Assembly: GCA_963666975.2 (NCBI GenBank)
Contig: CAXVYR010000004.1
Span: 416,001 to 480,000 of the forward strand
DNA: 64,000 nucleotides
Source: Terriglobia bacterium
Lineage (GTDB): Bacteria; Acidobacteriota; Terriglobia; 2-12-FULL-54-10
Reading direction: 5' to 3'
Both the position numbers and the translations under genes were made by a program. Below the pieces are notes generated by a model. That model worked only from the letters and a program-made list of their open reading frames with translations. It ran no database searches and had not been told where the DNA came from. This document shows, one piece after another, positions 38,650 to 48,664 of the stretch (position 1 is its first letter; the number at the start of each line of letters is the position of its first letter).

Positions 38650-39634
38650 TTAGGCTGCCCTTCTTTTGAAGTGCAACCGTTTTCTTAAGATCATAGTTTT
38701 CTCTTTGATGCGATCCCGTTTTTGCAGGATGGCACTGCCTTGGCCTGTAAAAACGTCATACGGTGTCAGGTTGTTCAGGCTTTCTATGGTATCGGTTGGT
38801 GTTGTAGTGGTTGACGAAGGCATCGATCTGCCGCTCCAGCTCTTCTGGCAGGTAATAGTTGTTGAGCAGGATGCGGTCTTTCAGAGTTCGGTGCCAGCGT
38901 TCGATCTTGCCCTGCGTCATGGGGTGATAGGGCTTGCCGCGAGTATGCGGCACGCTGTTTTCTGCCAGCCATGATTGCAGTTCGGAAGAGACGTAGCACG
39001 GCCCGTTGTCGCTCAGGAGGCGAGGTCTGTGCCGGGCGCCCACGCGGTCGAGGCCGGTGGCTTGCAAAGCATCCCGCAACGTGGCCGAGACGTCACTTGC
39101 GCTCATGGTTTTGCACAGCCGCCAGGCGATGATATAGCGCGAGAAGTCGTCCAGCACCGTGGACAGGTAGAACCAGCCCCAACCGATGACTTTCAGGTAG
39201 GTGAAGTCGGTCTGCCAGAGCTGGTTGACCGCCGTGGTCGGGTTGGCGAACCGTTCCGCCGCTTTCAGGACAATAAAGGCTGGCGCGGTAATCAGGTCAT
39301 GGCTTTTCAGGACGCGGTAAACCGTCGATTCAGAAAGGTAATACCGCCTTTCCTCGGTAAAACGCACCGCCAGCTCGCGTGACGACAGATCGGGCTCGGC
39401 CAGGGCTAACGTCACCAACTGCTGAGTTATCTCCTCCGGCACCTTGTTCCAGACAGGGCCAGGATCGGGTTTTTTGTCTTCCAGCCCATCAAAGCCTTCC
39501 GACACATAGCGGTCGTACCAGTTGTAAAACGTCGATCTGGGAATGCCAACCTGCTGCAGCGTCCGGCGCACCCCCAGGGCAGATTGCTCCACCGTGCAGA
39601 TGATCTCCAGCTTCTCCGAGGCAGGGTATCTCAT
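38650..39634 (-). CDS. IS3 OrfB DDE transposase with an extra base near 38787
   Basis: WQTDFT, LDDFSR, SDNG, QGKIERW; the C-terminus ESLNNLTP..KRRAA-stop continues in another frame to 38650. Confidence 0.85.
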
Positions 39635-40002
39635 GTATGTTCCTCCCCATCCCCGATCACGCTTTTTTTTAGCAGGCGATTTTCCAGCATAGCCTCGGCC
39701 AGGGCCTCTTTCAGCTGTACGGCCTGCTCCCGCAGAGTCTTGACTTCGCCACTGGTTGCCTCACGGTCTATGTCGCCCGCCAGCCGCTTGCGGCCAGCCT
39801 CCAGAAACTCCTTGCTCCAGCGGTAATACTGGTTCTGGTGCAGCCCCTCGCGGCGGCACAGCTCCGCGATGCTGTCCTCGCCGCGAAGTCCCTGCAATAC
39901 AATGCGGATTTTGTCTTCCGGGCTGAACCTGCGCCGCGTCCTGCGTTTGATCTCCCGGACGGCCTTCTCGACCGCCCCCCTGTCGTCTTGTTTTTGTCTC
40001 AT
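39631..40002 (-). CDS. IS3 OrfA
   Basis: RRRFSPEDKIRIVL..SIAELCRREG; A8G slippery run at ~39662-39670. Confidence 0.9.
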   Translation of the reverse strand: MRQKQDDRGAVEKAVREIKRRTRRRFSPEDKIRIVLQGLRGEDSIAELCRREGLHQNQYYRWSKEFLEAGRKRLAGDIDREATSGEVKTLREQAVQLKEALAEAMLENRLLKKSVIGDGEEHT

Positions 40003-40089
40003 CTTCGTTCCTTTCAGTCTCTACGATGAGCCAAAAACATCACCTTAACTATTACCCTCTACCTGTCCAACAAGCCCTGACGGGGCACA

Positions 40090-40185
40090 GGGATAACCTA
40101 GCTGGGCAGCCACATCTACCCGCTGAGCCCATCCCCACACGCTGCATAGAACTACCGCAAAAGCTATAGTCAATGTTTTCTTCAT
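40090..40185 (-). pseudogene. N-terminal 32 codons of a secreted protein (probably a third amidohydrolase) cut by IS3
   Basis: GAGGAG RBS; MKKTLTIAFAVVLCSVWGWAQRVDVAAQLGYP ends exactly at the IS end; compare LEKLAVYP in the 32512 gene. Confidence 0.6.
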
Positions 40186-40351
40186 CTCATATATCTCCTC
40201 AGCAAAAAGTTTCCATGCAAAAAGGCGCTTCCAGAAATAGCGCACCCCAAATTAAGGTACCGCTCGTCGCGAAAGCACCCCTGTCTCTCTTCAGCCTTTC
40301 AGAACTCAAACCTTCAGCGCCAATTGAATCTGGTGTTTTTCACCTCGAAGC

Positions 40352-42214
40352 TTACCATTGAGCCGCCGGACCGCCGAGTTCTACCTGGGACCCGGTCGGT
40401 TGCATCCCGATTTCGCGGGCCAGAGACGGAACCAGGTGAACCACCCTGCCGCCCAGCATGGTCATCAACACCCGGATATTCAGAATGTCATCCACGGGAA
40501 TTGTCAGGTAGTCTCTGTCCAATACGATCAGGTCGGCCCACTTGCCGGGCTCGATCGACCCCAGTTTATCCTCGCGCTTGGAATAGTACCCTCCCCAAAG
40601 CGTTGCGGACTTCAGCATAGCCTCCCGACTTACTGCCTGTTGCGGGGCCGTGATGGCCCCATCTTGATCCCTTCGCGTAATTCCCGAATAGAGAACGGTG
40701 AAGAAAGTCAGGTCAGTGTATCCAAGGGGCCGGTCAATTTCGACACTTTGCCGCACCCCGGCATCGAGGATACTCTTCCGGGGAACTACCCATTGAGCCG
40801 CTCTCTCTCCATAATCCTTTAATACCTGTTGTGCTCTCCCTTCCCAAATGTATATGTCCCAACCACCCAATATCATGCCCAGATTCTTGATGCGCGCGAC
40901 CTGATCCGGACGAGGACTGATCGCCAGATGGTCGTAGCCATGCCGTTGGGCGCGAATCTGCTCGGGAGTCATCCCAGCGTCCTTGCTGGCCTGCTCGATG
41001 ATGTCCAGAACATAGTCTATGTCCTTATCGCCGCCGGTGTGCATCCCGGTGAAGCGCCCACCTGCCTTGATGTGATCATACAAGGCTTGCCGGGCTGGCG
41101 TGCCAGGAGCAAAGTCGCAGGCGGGCTCGCGTTGTTTAACCTCCGGGGAAGTACCCGGCAATGTCGTACAATTGGTGCCGCTACCCGCCGGCCATACTCC
41201 TATCAGCCAAAGGTATTCCGATCCCGCTCCCACCATGGCATTCAAACCGGCACGAAAGTAGGGATTGGTGAAGAAATCTGGGTGCGGGCCGATCCAAGAC
41301 CAAGGGATGCGAATATCCATCTGTCCATTCCGGTCCAGTGAACTGTAGGCGTTTAGCGCGCCAGCCGTGTAAAGAGCCGAGGAGTTCACAGTCAGCCCAT
41401 AACCTGCCCACCAGGACGTACCCAGGCGGACGATCTCCCGGAACACCTCGGGTGGGTACAACACGTCCTGTTCCACCCCGCGATAGTTGACGCTCCCGAC
41501 CCCGGTTCGCTCCATATTCGCTCCCAGCGGACCCCAATGTGGCGCGTTACTCCCCTTGACGTTCCTATAGTAGTTATTGATCTCCTCAATCGCTTTTTGG
41601 TTCACCAAAAGTCCGACAAACCCCGCGCGTACAACGACTGGATTGTCGGGAGCAGCCAAGTCCAGCATCTGCTTGGTAAACTGCCTCCCCAGCATCGGTT
41701 GAATCTGGCCTCGCCATCGATATTCTTTCCCATAGAGCAAGCTGATCCGAATCCACTGTCCAGTCTTGGCCTTCTGGACCGCCTCCTCCAAAACCTTTGG
41801 AAACTGTTGTAAAACCTCATCCGGAGGAACATTTAAAAACCGCTCAATGTGCATATCATCGGTTACCACTTTCTTGACGATTAGGGGATTCAGCGGGTCC
41901 CAATCCATTGGGTGATCGTGCGTGACCGCCAAGCCCGGCGTTACCGTCTTCCCCTTCAGGTCAATGGATTTGGTGTTTCCTCCGGCCAAGGCCCTCACCT
42001 CAGCATTGGTTCCCACGGCCACAATCGTGTCGCCTCGGATGGCCAAAGCCTGAGCGATCGTGCCTACATCCGCATTGACTTCATGGTTGTCCACCGTCAC
42101 GATTTTCCCATTGTAAAGAATGGTATCCGGGGCTTGCTGGGCCCAGCCGAGACCTCGTCCAGCCCAAATGACACACACCATCAGCACAACTCGCAAAACC
42201 CATTGTCTTTTCAT
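40352..42214 (-). CDS. Secreted amidohydrolase (Amidohydro_3/YtcJ-like)
   Basis: Signal peptide; DTILYNGKIVTVD, DLKGKTVTPGLAVTHDH, GSIEPGKWADLIVLDRD. Confidence 0.9.
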   Translation of the reverse strand: MKRQWVLRVVLMVCVIWAGRGLGWAQQAPDTILYNGKIVTVDNHEVNADVGTIAQALAIRGDTIVAVGTNAEVRALAGGNTKSIDLKGKTVTPGLAVTHDHPMDWDPLNPLIVKKVVTDDMHIERFLNVPPDEVLQQFPKVLEEAVQKAKTGQWIRISLLYGKEYRWRGQIQPMLGRQFTKQMLDLAAPDNPVVVRAGFVGLLVNQKAIEEINNYYRNVKGSNAPHWGPLGANMERTGVGSVNYRGVEQDVLYPPEVFREIVRLGTSWWAGYGLTVNSSALYTAGALNAYSSLDRNGQMDIRIPWSWIGPHPDFFTNPYFRAGLNAMVGAGSEYLWLIGVWPAGSGTNCTTLPGTSPEVKQREPACDFAPGTPARQALYDHIKAGGRFTGMHTGGDKDIDYVLDIIEQASKDAGMTPEQIRAQRHGYDHLAISPRPDQVARIKNLGMILGGWDIYIWEGRAQQVLKDYGERAAQWVVPRKSILDAGVRQSVEIDRPLGYTDLTFFTVLYSGITRRDQDGAITAPQQAVSREAMLKSATLWGGYYSKREDKLGSIEPGKWADLIVLDRDYLTIPVDDILNIRVLMTMLGGRVVHLVPSLAREIGMQPTGSQVELGGPAAQW

Positions 42215-42575
42215 GCTTCACCCCCTCAGCAATTTTTGGCAGTTTGATCCGAAACTTCCAATCTCACCTTTCCTTTGTCCAGAATCATACGCTGGTGGCC
42301 TTCTTGCCTCAAGTGATCTCTCGCTTGGACTGGCGCTGCTGAACTCGCGCTTCCGCGAGGCGATGTGGGAGGAAAGGTGCTTCTGGTTGTGTAGAAAGTC
42401 AATTGCGTTGCCCTCTCCCCTCGTATAGGTTCCCGATTCCTGGTGAGTGGAATGAGTAGTTTTCGGACCGCTAGAAAAACATGGTTTTGAGCAACGAGGA
42501 TTACATGCTTCGCACCTTATATATCATCTACATCCTCGGTCCAACTATCTGCTTCGTTATGCTTTTCTACAGAGA

Positions 42576-43856
42576 CTATGCGGATTGGACCTCCGGAGCG
42601 GAGGTCGTGAACCTCCCCTGAAGAGTCTCTACCTTCCCCAGGACAAATACGTAGCAGATGCCGCTGAATAATGCCATTCCACCGGCAGCAACCAGGGCTC
42701 CCGCAAACGACCCGGTCGCCTCCACTATGAAACCTGTGACGATGGGCGCCAGGAGACCTCCGGTGTGCCCAAAGAAATTCTGGATCGATGTAAGCGAGCC
42801 AACCATTGATCGGGGCGCCAGGTCGATCGCAATCGAATTCACCGAACCGGTCGTCAGCCGCAGGCAGCCTACCGAGAGAGTGAGAAGCGTAACGGCCAGC
42901 CAGGTCTGTTCAATGAACGCCGCCGTGATCACCAGGACCGTCGCCGCTGCCATTCCACTGCCGATCATGGTCTTTCGGGACGCCGTGACGCTGAAGCCAC
43001 GCCGGATCAGATAGTCTCCCAGCCAGCCGCCGCCTAGTGTGCCCAGTATCCCGGCCCAGAACGGCAGGGAAGCAACGATTCCGGTCCTCAGCACGGTCAT
43101 CCCTCGCTCCAGGACCAAATATCCCGGAAGCCAGCTCACGAAGAAGAAAAACGCGTAGAGATACCCCATCTGGCCGAAAGCCATGCCCCAGGTAGAACGA
43201 TACCGGAACAGTGAAATCCACGGAATGCGTTGCTCGCTGCGATCCTTCGTGCGATCCGGCAGCGGCGCCGATTGTCTTCCGACCTGCTTGTCCGGATAGA
43301 AACAAAGCCAAGCCAGAGTCAGCAGCAAACTGCCGCCCCCCAGACAGTAGAACACGGCTTGCCAGCCCCACCCGGCCAGGATAAACGCGGCGATGGGGGC
43401 GGCGATGGCCGGACCCATCGGGGTTCCGGAGAAGGAAACAGCAATAGCCCTCGCACGCTCTTTGACATCAAACCACCGAGAGATCGCAGCCGCGTTTGCG
43501 GGAATGAGCACGCTCTGCCCCAAGCCGAATATCGCCCGCATTACAAACAGAGAAACAGCCGTCGTGGCGACCGGTAGAGCAACGGTAGAGAGTCCCCAGA
43601 TTCCCGACCCCACGCCCATAACGATCCATACGCCAAAACGGTCGACGAGAGGTCCTACCAACAACTGGGCGCCCGCGTACGTCCAGTTGTATCCGGAGAG
43701 AATGAACCCCATGGTGCTCGGCGAAAAGTCGTACTGCGTCATGAGAGTGGGAGCCACGACACTCAAGGCATACCGAATCATAAAGGAGAACACCATGGCA
43801 TTCCACAGAAGGCCAATGGTAAGAAACTTCTTAGACCTTTCGGTGTTCTGGTTCAT
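42576..43856 (-). CDS. MFS transporter (anion:cation symporter-like)
   Basis: ~12 TM segments; GPLVDRFG, WFDVKERARA, WLPGYL, GGWLGD. Confidence 0.9.
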   Translation of the reverse strand: MNQNTERSKKFLTIGLLWNAMVFSFMIRYALSVVAPTLMTQYDFSPSTMGFILSGYNWTYAGAQLLVGPLVDRFGVWIVMGVGSGIWGLSTVALPVATTAVSLFVMRAIFGLGQSVLIPANAAAISRWFDVKERARAIAVSFSGTPMGPAIAAPIAAFILAGWGWQAVFYCLGGGSLLLTLAWLCFYPDKQVGRQSAPLPDRTKDRSEQRIPWISLFRYRSTWGMAFGQMGYLYAFFFFVSWLPGYLVLERGMTVLRTGIVASLPFWAGILGTLGGGWLGDYLIRRGFSVTASRKTMIGSGMAAATVLVITAAFIEQTWLAVTLLTLSVGCLRLTTGSVNSIAIDLAPRSMVGSLTSIQNFFGHTGGLLAPIVTGFIVEATGSFAGALVAAGGMALFSGICYVFVLGKVETLQGRFTTSAPEVQSA

Positions 43857-44078
43857 GGGGCCCCCTAGTGGGTGTGCACAAAAAGAAGCTATCCAGGAAG
43901 ACCTAACGACCCTCAAAAGAAATCGCCGAGCTTAACATTCAATCCCCCACGATCCATCCCCCGACTGTTTTTTGCTGAAATCGCACGGCCAAACTCGCCG
44001 ACCGCGCAGCTCCGGGATGCGGGGATTCCCTGCCGCTATTTCGGCATGCCTTTGGGATGACTGGGGCGACTACCAAGC

Positions 44079-46046
44079 TCAGGCTTTTTTCACCAGCTTA
44101 TTCAGTGCGACGAACGCTTCCTCGAAGCGGGCAAGCGTATCGTTGGATGGTGCGGCCTTGCCGACCTCATCCAAGAAATACCTGGCCGGACGGAAGTGGT
44201 TGAATGATTGGCCGCCCTTGAGCGAGTTCGCTTCGAAGTACTCTTCCAGTCTTCTGGTTATGCGTGGAAGCTTTCCGTTCAGGTCTCCCTTCTTCACCGG
44301 TTTGGCCAGAGCATCTTTGAAAGCGCCGTTCACCAGAGCCAGCTAGAAGTCTTCATCGAACATATCTTCGACGTCCGCCTCCCCCGTCTTGGTGAAGTCC
44401 GCGTACGTCAGGACCTGCTTTTTGCTCAGCAACCTCTTCTTGTAGAGGTTCTCTATCGTCTGCTTGTCCTTCTTCTGATAGTCGATCAGTACCGCTACGT
44501 TTAGCTTATTTTGCGCCCCGAGTAGTGCCACAAACGTTGGAACCTTGTCCGACCCCCCGACCGGCGTGACCGTCCACTCCTTGCTCATCCCTGTGCGTCC
44601 ATGCTCCTCAAGCAAAGAGCTCATGCCCTGCAAGAACAGCAGGTCCGAAACCCCCTCTACAACGAGGCTGTTCGGTCCAATGAAAAGCGTCTGCGAGATT
44701 TCGTATCCGAGGGCGCCCTGCAACGGGAACAAGCTATCACCCGTGGCCTCCAGAACATCCGTCAACACTTTCGTGCCAGCCTTCTCAAGCGGCGGCTCAG
44801 GCCCGTCTTCTACGCTCAGGTCTTGGACGATCCTCACGCGGTCGAACCTCGTCGGGTCCACCATGAACGGTGAGTGAGTTGTGTAGATAAGCTGATGCCG
44901 TCCCCGGACCTCCGCTTCGAAATGCTTGAGCAGGTCCTCCTGGACCTTGCCGTGCAGCGACAAGCCAGGCTCGTCGAGCAGCAAGATGACGTTCTCACTA
45001 TGGTCGCGAACGTCTCCGTACCAAGCCAGGAAGGAACAGAACCAGATGAACCCCCGCGAACGGGTCCCCATTTCGGTCGTGCCGAAGTGCTTTGTGTCGT
45101 CGACTTCACCCCAAATGTTTGTGCCTTTTTGCATCCCATCTGGGTCGTCTTCCTTAGCTTCTCGAACATCAAAAAGAAGGCGCAGGTGCTTGTTCTGCGA
45201 CCAGTACGCGATGATTTGCTTCGTCAGGTAGTTGCTCGCCCCCTGCAACTTGTTTTTGAGCTCCCGAGTGCGCGTTACCGCTAACAGCTGGTCAAGGTCG
45301 AGCCGCGCGCGGTTGATGAGCCCAAGGAGCGGATAGTCGGATGGCAGGAGTTCCTCGCTCTCTTGCCGACGCTTCAGCTCCTGGATGTTCTCGCAACCCC
45401 GCATCTGATAGTACTCATCGAAGTACAGGAACTTCGGGATTCGCGGCTTGAGGACCTGCTCGACGACATAGTCCTGGTAACTCTTGGACTTGCTCGCTGG
45501 GGTCAGCAGTTTCGTCAGTTGGGTTACGGCGTCCGTTTGTTCGCCAGCGGCCAACACGTCAAGTACTTCGGCGACCGCCTCGCCCTGCGCGGCCGAAGCT
45601 GCAACGTCCTTTGGCAGCTCGTAGCGCCCGACCAAGTGCTTCAAGGCGGCAGCTTCATCGAATGAGAACTCGTAGGAGACATCTCCTTCGTACCCACGGG
45701 TAAGCTCGAACGTCGTTTTCTTGAAGGCATTCTTGCCCGTATATTTCTGAACGGCCTTGACGTCGTCTTCCTCGAGTTCGAACTGAGCACGAGCTACCAC
45801 CGCAGGCTCTCGTTCGGCCGCTTCGACCCCGATGCGGTAGTTCTCGACATTCATTCTGGGGTAGTCGTCGGTGACGCTATAACCCGCGTCCGCCTTGATG
45901 AACGGGTTCATCTGGTAGAGCGCACGAAGTAGTGCCGTCTTTCCGGACTCGTTCTTCCCGACGAGGCACGTTATCTCTTCAACATCAAACGGCTCCGAGT
46001 CGTTGATGCTCCGGAACTCGCGTAATTGGACTGTTGTCAGTTTCAT
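44079..46046 (-). pseudogene. OLD-family ABC-ATPase-TOPRIM nuclease with an in-frame TAG at 44343-44345
   Basis: GKNESGKT, LLLDEPGLSLH, TTHSPF, VVEGVSD, DYQ, VEDMF; ORF 44079..44333 continues in the same frame. Confidence 0.8.
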
Positions 46047-46122
46047 GAGTGGTTACTCTCTTTCCGGTCAACGCATTAGCGGTCCCGGTGGTCACTATCC
46101 TACAGAATGATGCGCTCGACTT

Positions 46123-46856
46123 TGACCAGACCGATTTATTGTACCAGTCTCAGGGAGAGAGTCTACATCACTGAGGGGCCCTGGATTTTTGTACCAGTTT
46201 CAGGGTGAGTTTTGGGCTGTTTCCAGGCCTTTCCGATTGCAGCGAGCTGCAATCGGAAAGGCGAACTCGTTCGGCGTCCTCTCCCCCAGGGCCCTGTGAG
46301 GACGACTCTCATTGTACTCCCTCCGCCAAGCCTCGATGAACTGCCTGGCTTCTCCCAGTGTTCTGAACCAATGTACATTTAGGCACTCATCCCGAAACGT
46401 TTCGTTGAACGATTCGATGTGCGCATTGTCGGTCGGCTTGCCGGGCCGGGAAAAATCAATCCGTACCCCGTTCTGATACGCCCACAGGTCCAGCACCCGA
46501 CTCGAAAACTCCGAGCCATTGTCGCAGAACAGCCTCTTCGGCCCACCCCGATCCCTTTGGATTCTCTGCAACACCCGCACCACATCTTCCCCCTTCAAAC
46601 TCTGCCCGGGCTCGATGGCCAAGCTCTCCCGCGTGTATACATCCATCACCGTCAGCGCGCGGAACCGTCGTCCGTCCGCCAGTTGATCCGACACAAAGTC
46701 CAGACTCCACACCTGGTTCGGTGCTGCCGGTTTGATTCTCTCCCGCCGCTCTACCGCCACCCGGCGTCTCCTCGGCACCGTCCGCCGTAGCGCCAATCCC
46801 TCTTCCCGATACAATCGACTCACCATCGTCTTTCCCACTTGCCAGCCCTCCCGGCG
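46123..46856 (-). mobile_element. IS3-family remnant: 3' orfB plus two tandem right-end-like copies
   Basis: WSLDFVSD, CDNGSEF, PGKPTDNAHIESFN; TG..TGTACCAGT(C/T)TCAGGG(A/T)GAG at 46123 and 46172. Confidence 0.85.
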
Positions 46857-48301
46857 TCGTCAAAGCCGGTGGCGTCGTCAAAAGTATAGCGAGCAAAGAA
46901 ACTGTCCCGCTCGGAAATTCGATGGTCCACGCGGAGGGTGAAGAAATTTTCGTTGGTCGGCAGGAATTGCGGGGCGGCGTTTTCACCGATTCCTCTTCCC
47001 ACCGGACGCGAGTTCGGCAAAGGATAAAGCTCCAGGTAGGGCTTGGCTTCCGGATGCACCTCGACGGTCTGAATCACTTCTCCGGCAGCGTTTGTAATCA
47101 TCCCCTGGCGCGCCAGTTCATCCGGAAAGAAGTCGATATTCGTTTCGGTCAGCCGGTCGCGCAGCCCTTCGAAGCTGCCCATCAGGAAAGTCCTGTCCTT
47201 CACGACCGGGCCCGTAACCGTGAATCCAAATTGGTTTCGTTTGAAGGGTGTAGGCTCCGGACCGGGATCAAAAAAATTCCGGGCGTCGAGCTTGCTGTTT
47301 CGAAAGAACTCAAAGAACGAGCCGTGGAACTCCGGCGTTCCCGATTGCGTAATGGAGTTGAGAATGCCGCCGCTGCCGCGGCCATACTCGGCTCTGTAGT
47401 GGGCGCTGAACACGCGAACCTGGAACACCGCATCCGAGCCCAGTTGCACTCCTGCTGCGCTGCGCGGGACTTGGTTGTCGAGATTCATAATATTGGTCCC
47501 ATCCAGCAAAAAGACATTGGAGGTGGACCGCCCTCCCGCAACGGTCAGGCTGCCGCTGCCGCCGCCCCGCGATGCCGAACCGCTCGAAGGATCGCTGACA
47601 CCGTCCTGCAGCGTGGCCAGTTGGCTATAGCTGCGGCCATTGAGAGGAAGCCCAGCCAGCTGGCTTTCATCGATCAGACTGGTTGCATTGGTTTCGCTGG
47701 TTTCACCCGTTGTATTGGTTTCACTGGTCGCAGACGAGGACTGCGCCTCATCGCTGGCAGCCCCTTGAGGTGGCGGGTCTTGCTTTGGCGAGTCTTGGAA
47801 ACTGGCATTCGCGGAACCGGAATTCGCGGCCAACAAAAAGTCTAAGCTGGCCGCTTGCCCTGCCCGAAGTTCCAACCCTTGCTGCGTCTGGCTTTGGAAA
47901 CCCGGCCGGGAAACATGAATTGCGTAGGTTCCGGGCGGCAGTTGCAGAATCTCAAACTGCCCTTCCTCATTGGTGATGGTATTGGTGTGGGTGTTGGCGC
48001 TGCTGCTGGCCGCGCGGCCTAGTTCCGTCCCCAGACTTTTCACCATCACCGTCGCTTCCGGAACGGGCGTCCCCGTCTGGTCCTTTACGTTCCCTCGCAA
48101 GGCGGCCAGTGTTGCACCGGCTGCTTGTGCCGGCATCTCCGCTCGCGGAAAAAAAAGCAGCATCGCCAGCAGCGCCGCTCGGAGCGCCCATGCCTTCTTA
48201 GTTGATCCGCAATCCGCGCTGCCCCGTGCTCTCCAAAATAAAGATGGCGCTAAGAAATAATCCATGAGTCGCCCTTGCTCCCGCACTTTGCTCCTTTTCA
48301 C
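46857..48301 (-). pseudogene. Truncated TonB-dependent receptor (carboxypeptidase-regulatory-like domain, plug, start of barrel)
   Basis: LPLNGRSYSQL, YRAEYGRGSGG, FFRNSKLDARNFFD, KRNQFG; fused to the IS3 remnant. Confidence 0.85.
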
Positions 48302-48399
48302 TCTGCCGGACAGACGCTGGCAACATGAGGCGTAACTTACGATTCCTTCTGGGTTGATTTTACTTCCGGAGAGCTGCTTCCGAGCACCATGCTAACACA

Positions 48400-48578
48400 C
48401 CGCCCAGGCCCGCTGCTTGAATGCCGCCAAATCTTCGGCATCTTACCATGAGCATCCGTTTTACGGCGTCATTGACCAGATCGAAAACAGACCGCTCCGT
48501 TTCTGCCGCCTTAAGGCGCAACGCCTTGTGCAACCGAGAATCGAAGTAAACAGTGGCCCGCTTTTGCATATTGCTCAT
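48400..48578 (-). pseudogene. CopG/RHH antitoxin-like gene, frameshifted
   Basis: KRATVYFDSRLHKALRLKAAE..DLVNDAV; the expected DAEDLAAFKQRA is in another frame. Confidence 0.7.
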
Positions 48579-48664
48579 GGAAACAAGACAACGCTAAAAC
48601 GTCATAACGTCAAGTTGTGGAGTGGCAGGCAGGTCAGGGAAAGGTGTTCGATCAACAACCGCGC

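Larger units (their letters stand above)
38577..40089 (-). mobile_element. IS3-family insertion sequence without target duplication
   Basis: Ends TGTACGTCGTCAGATAATGTTGGACA and (reverse) TGTGCCCCGTCAGGGCTTGTTGGACA; orfA/orfB. Confidence 0.9.
18879..48600. mobile_element. tRNA-anchored genomic island (right boundary approximate)
   Basis: Integrase next to tRNA, then mobile, defence and cargo genes, IS elements and debris until MFS/aroA; no attR found. Confidence 0.65.

Noticed and set aside
31170-38660. Integron cassette array or CRISPR array
   Set aside because: No paired RYYYAAC/GTTRRRY attC structures, no IntI, no regularly spaced repeats or cas genes; GTTAGGC at ~38649 is inside the IS3
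44343-44345. Pyrrolysine or amber recoding in the OLD gene
   Set aside because: TAG is used as a normal stop by many genes here, and no pyl genes are visible
18850-48660. attR duplicate of the tRNA-Cys 3' end
   Set aside because: By-eye search found only short GCCTCCA matches; no convincing repeat, so the right boundary is undefined
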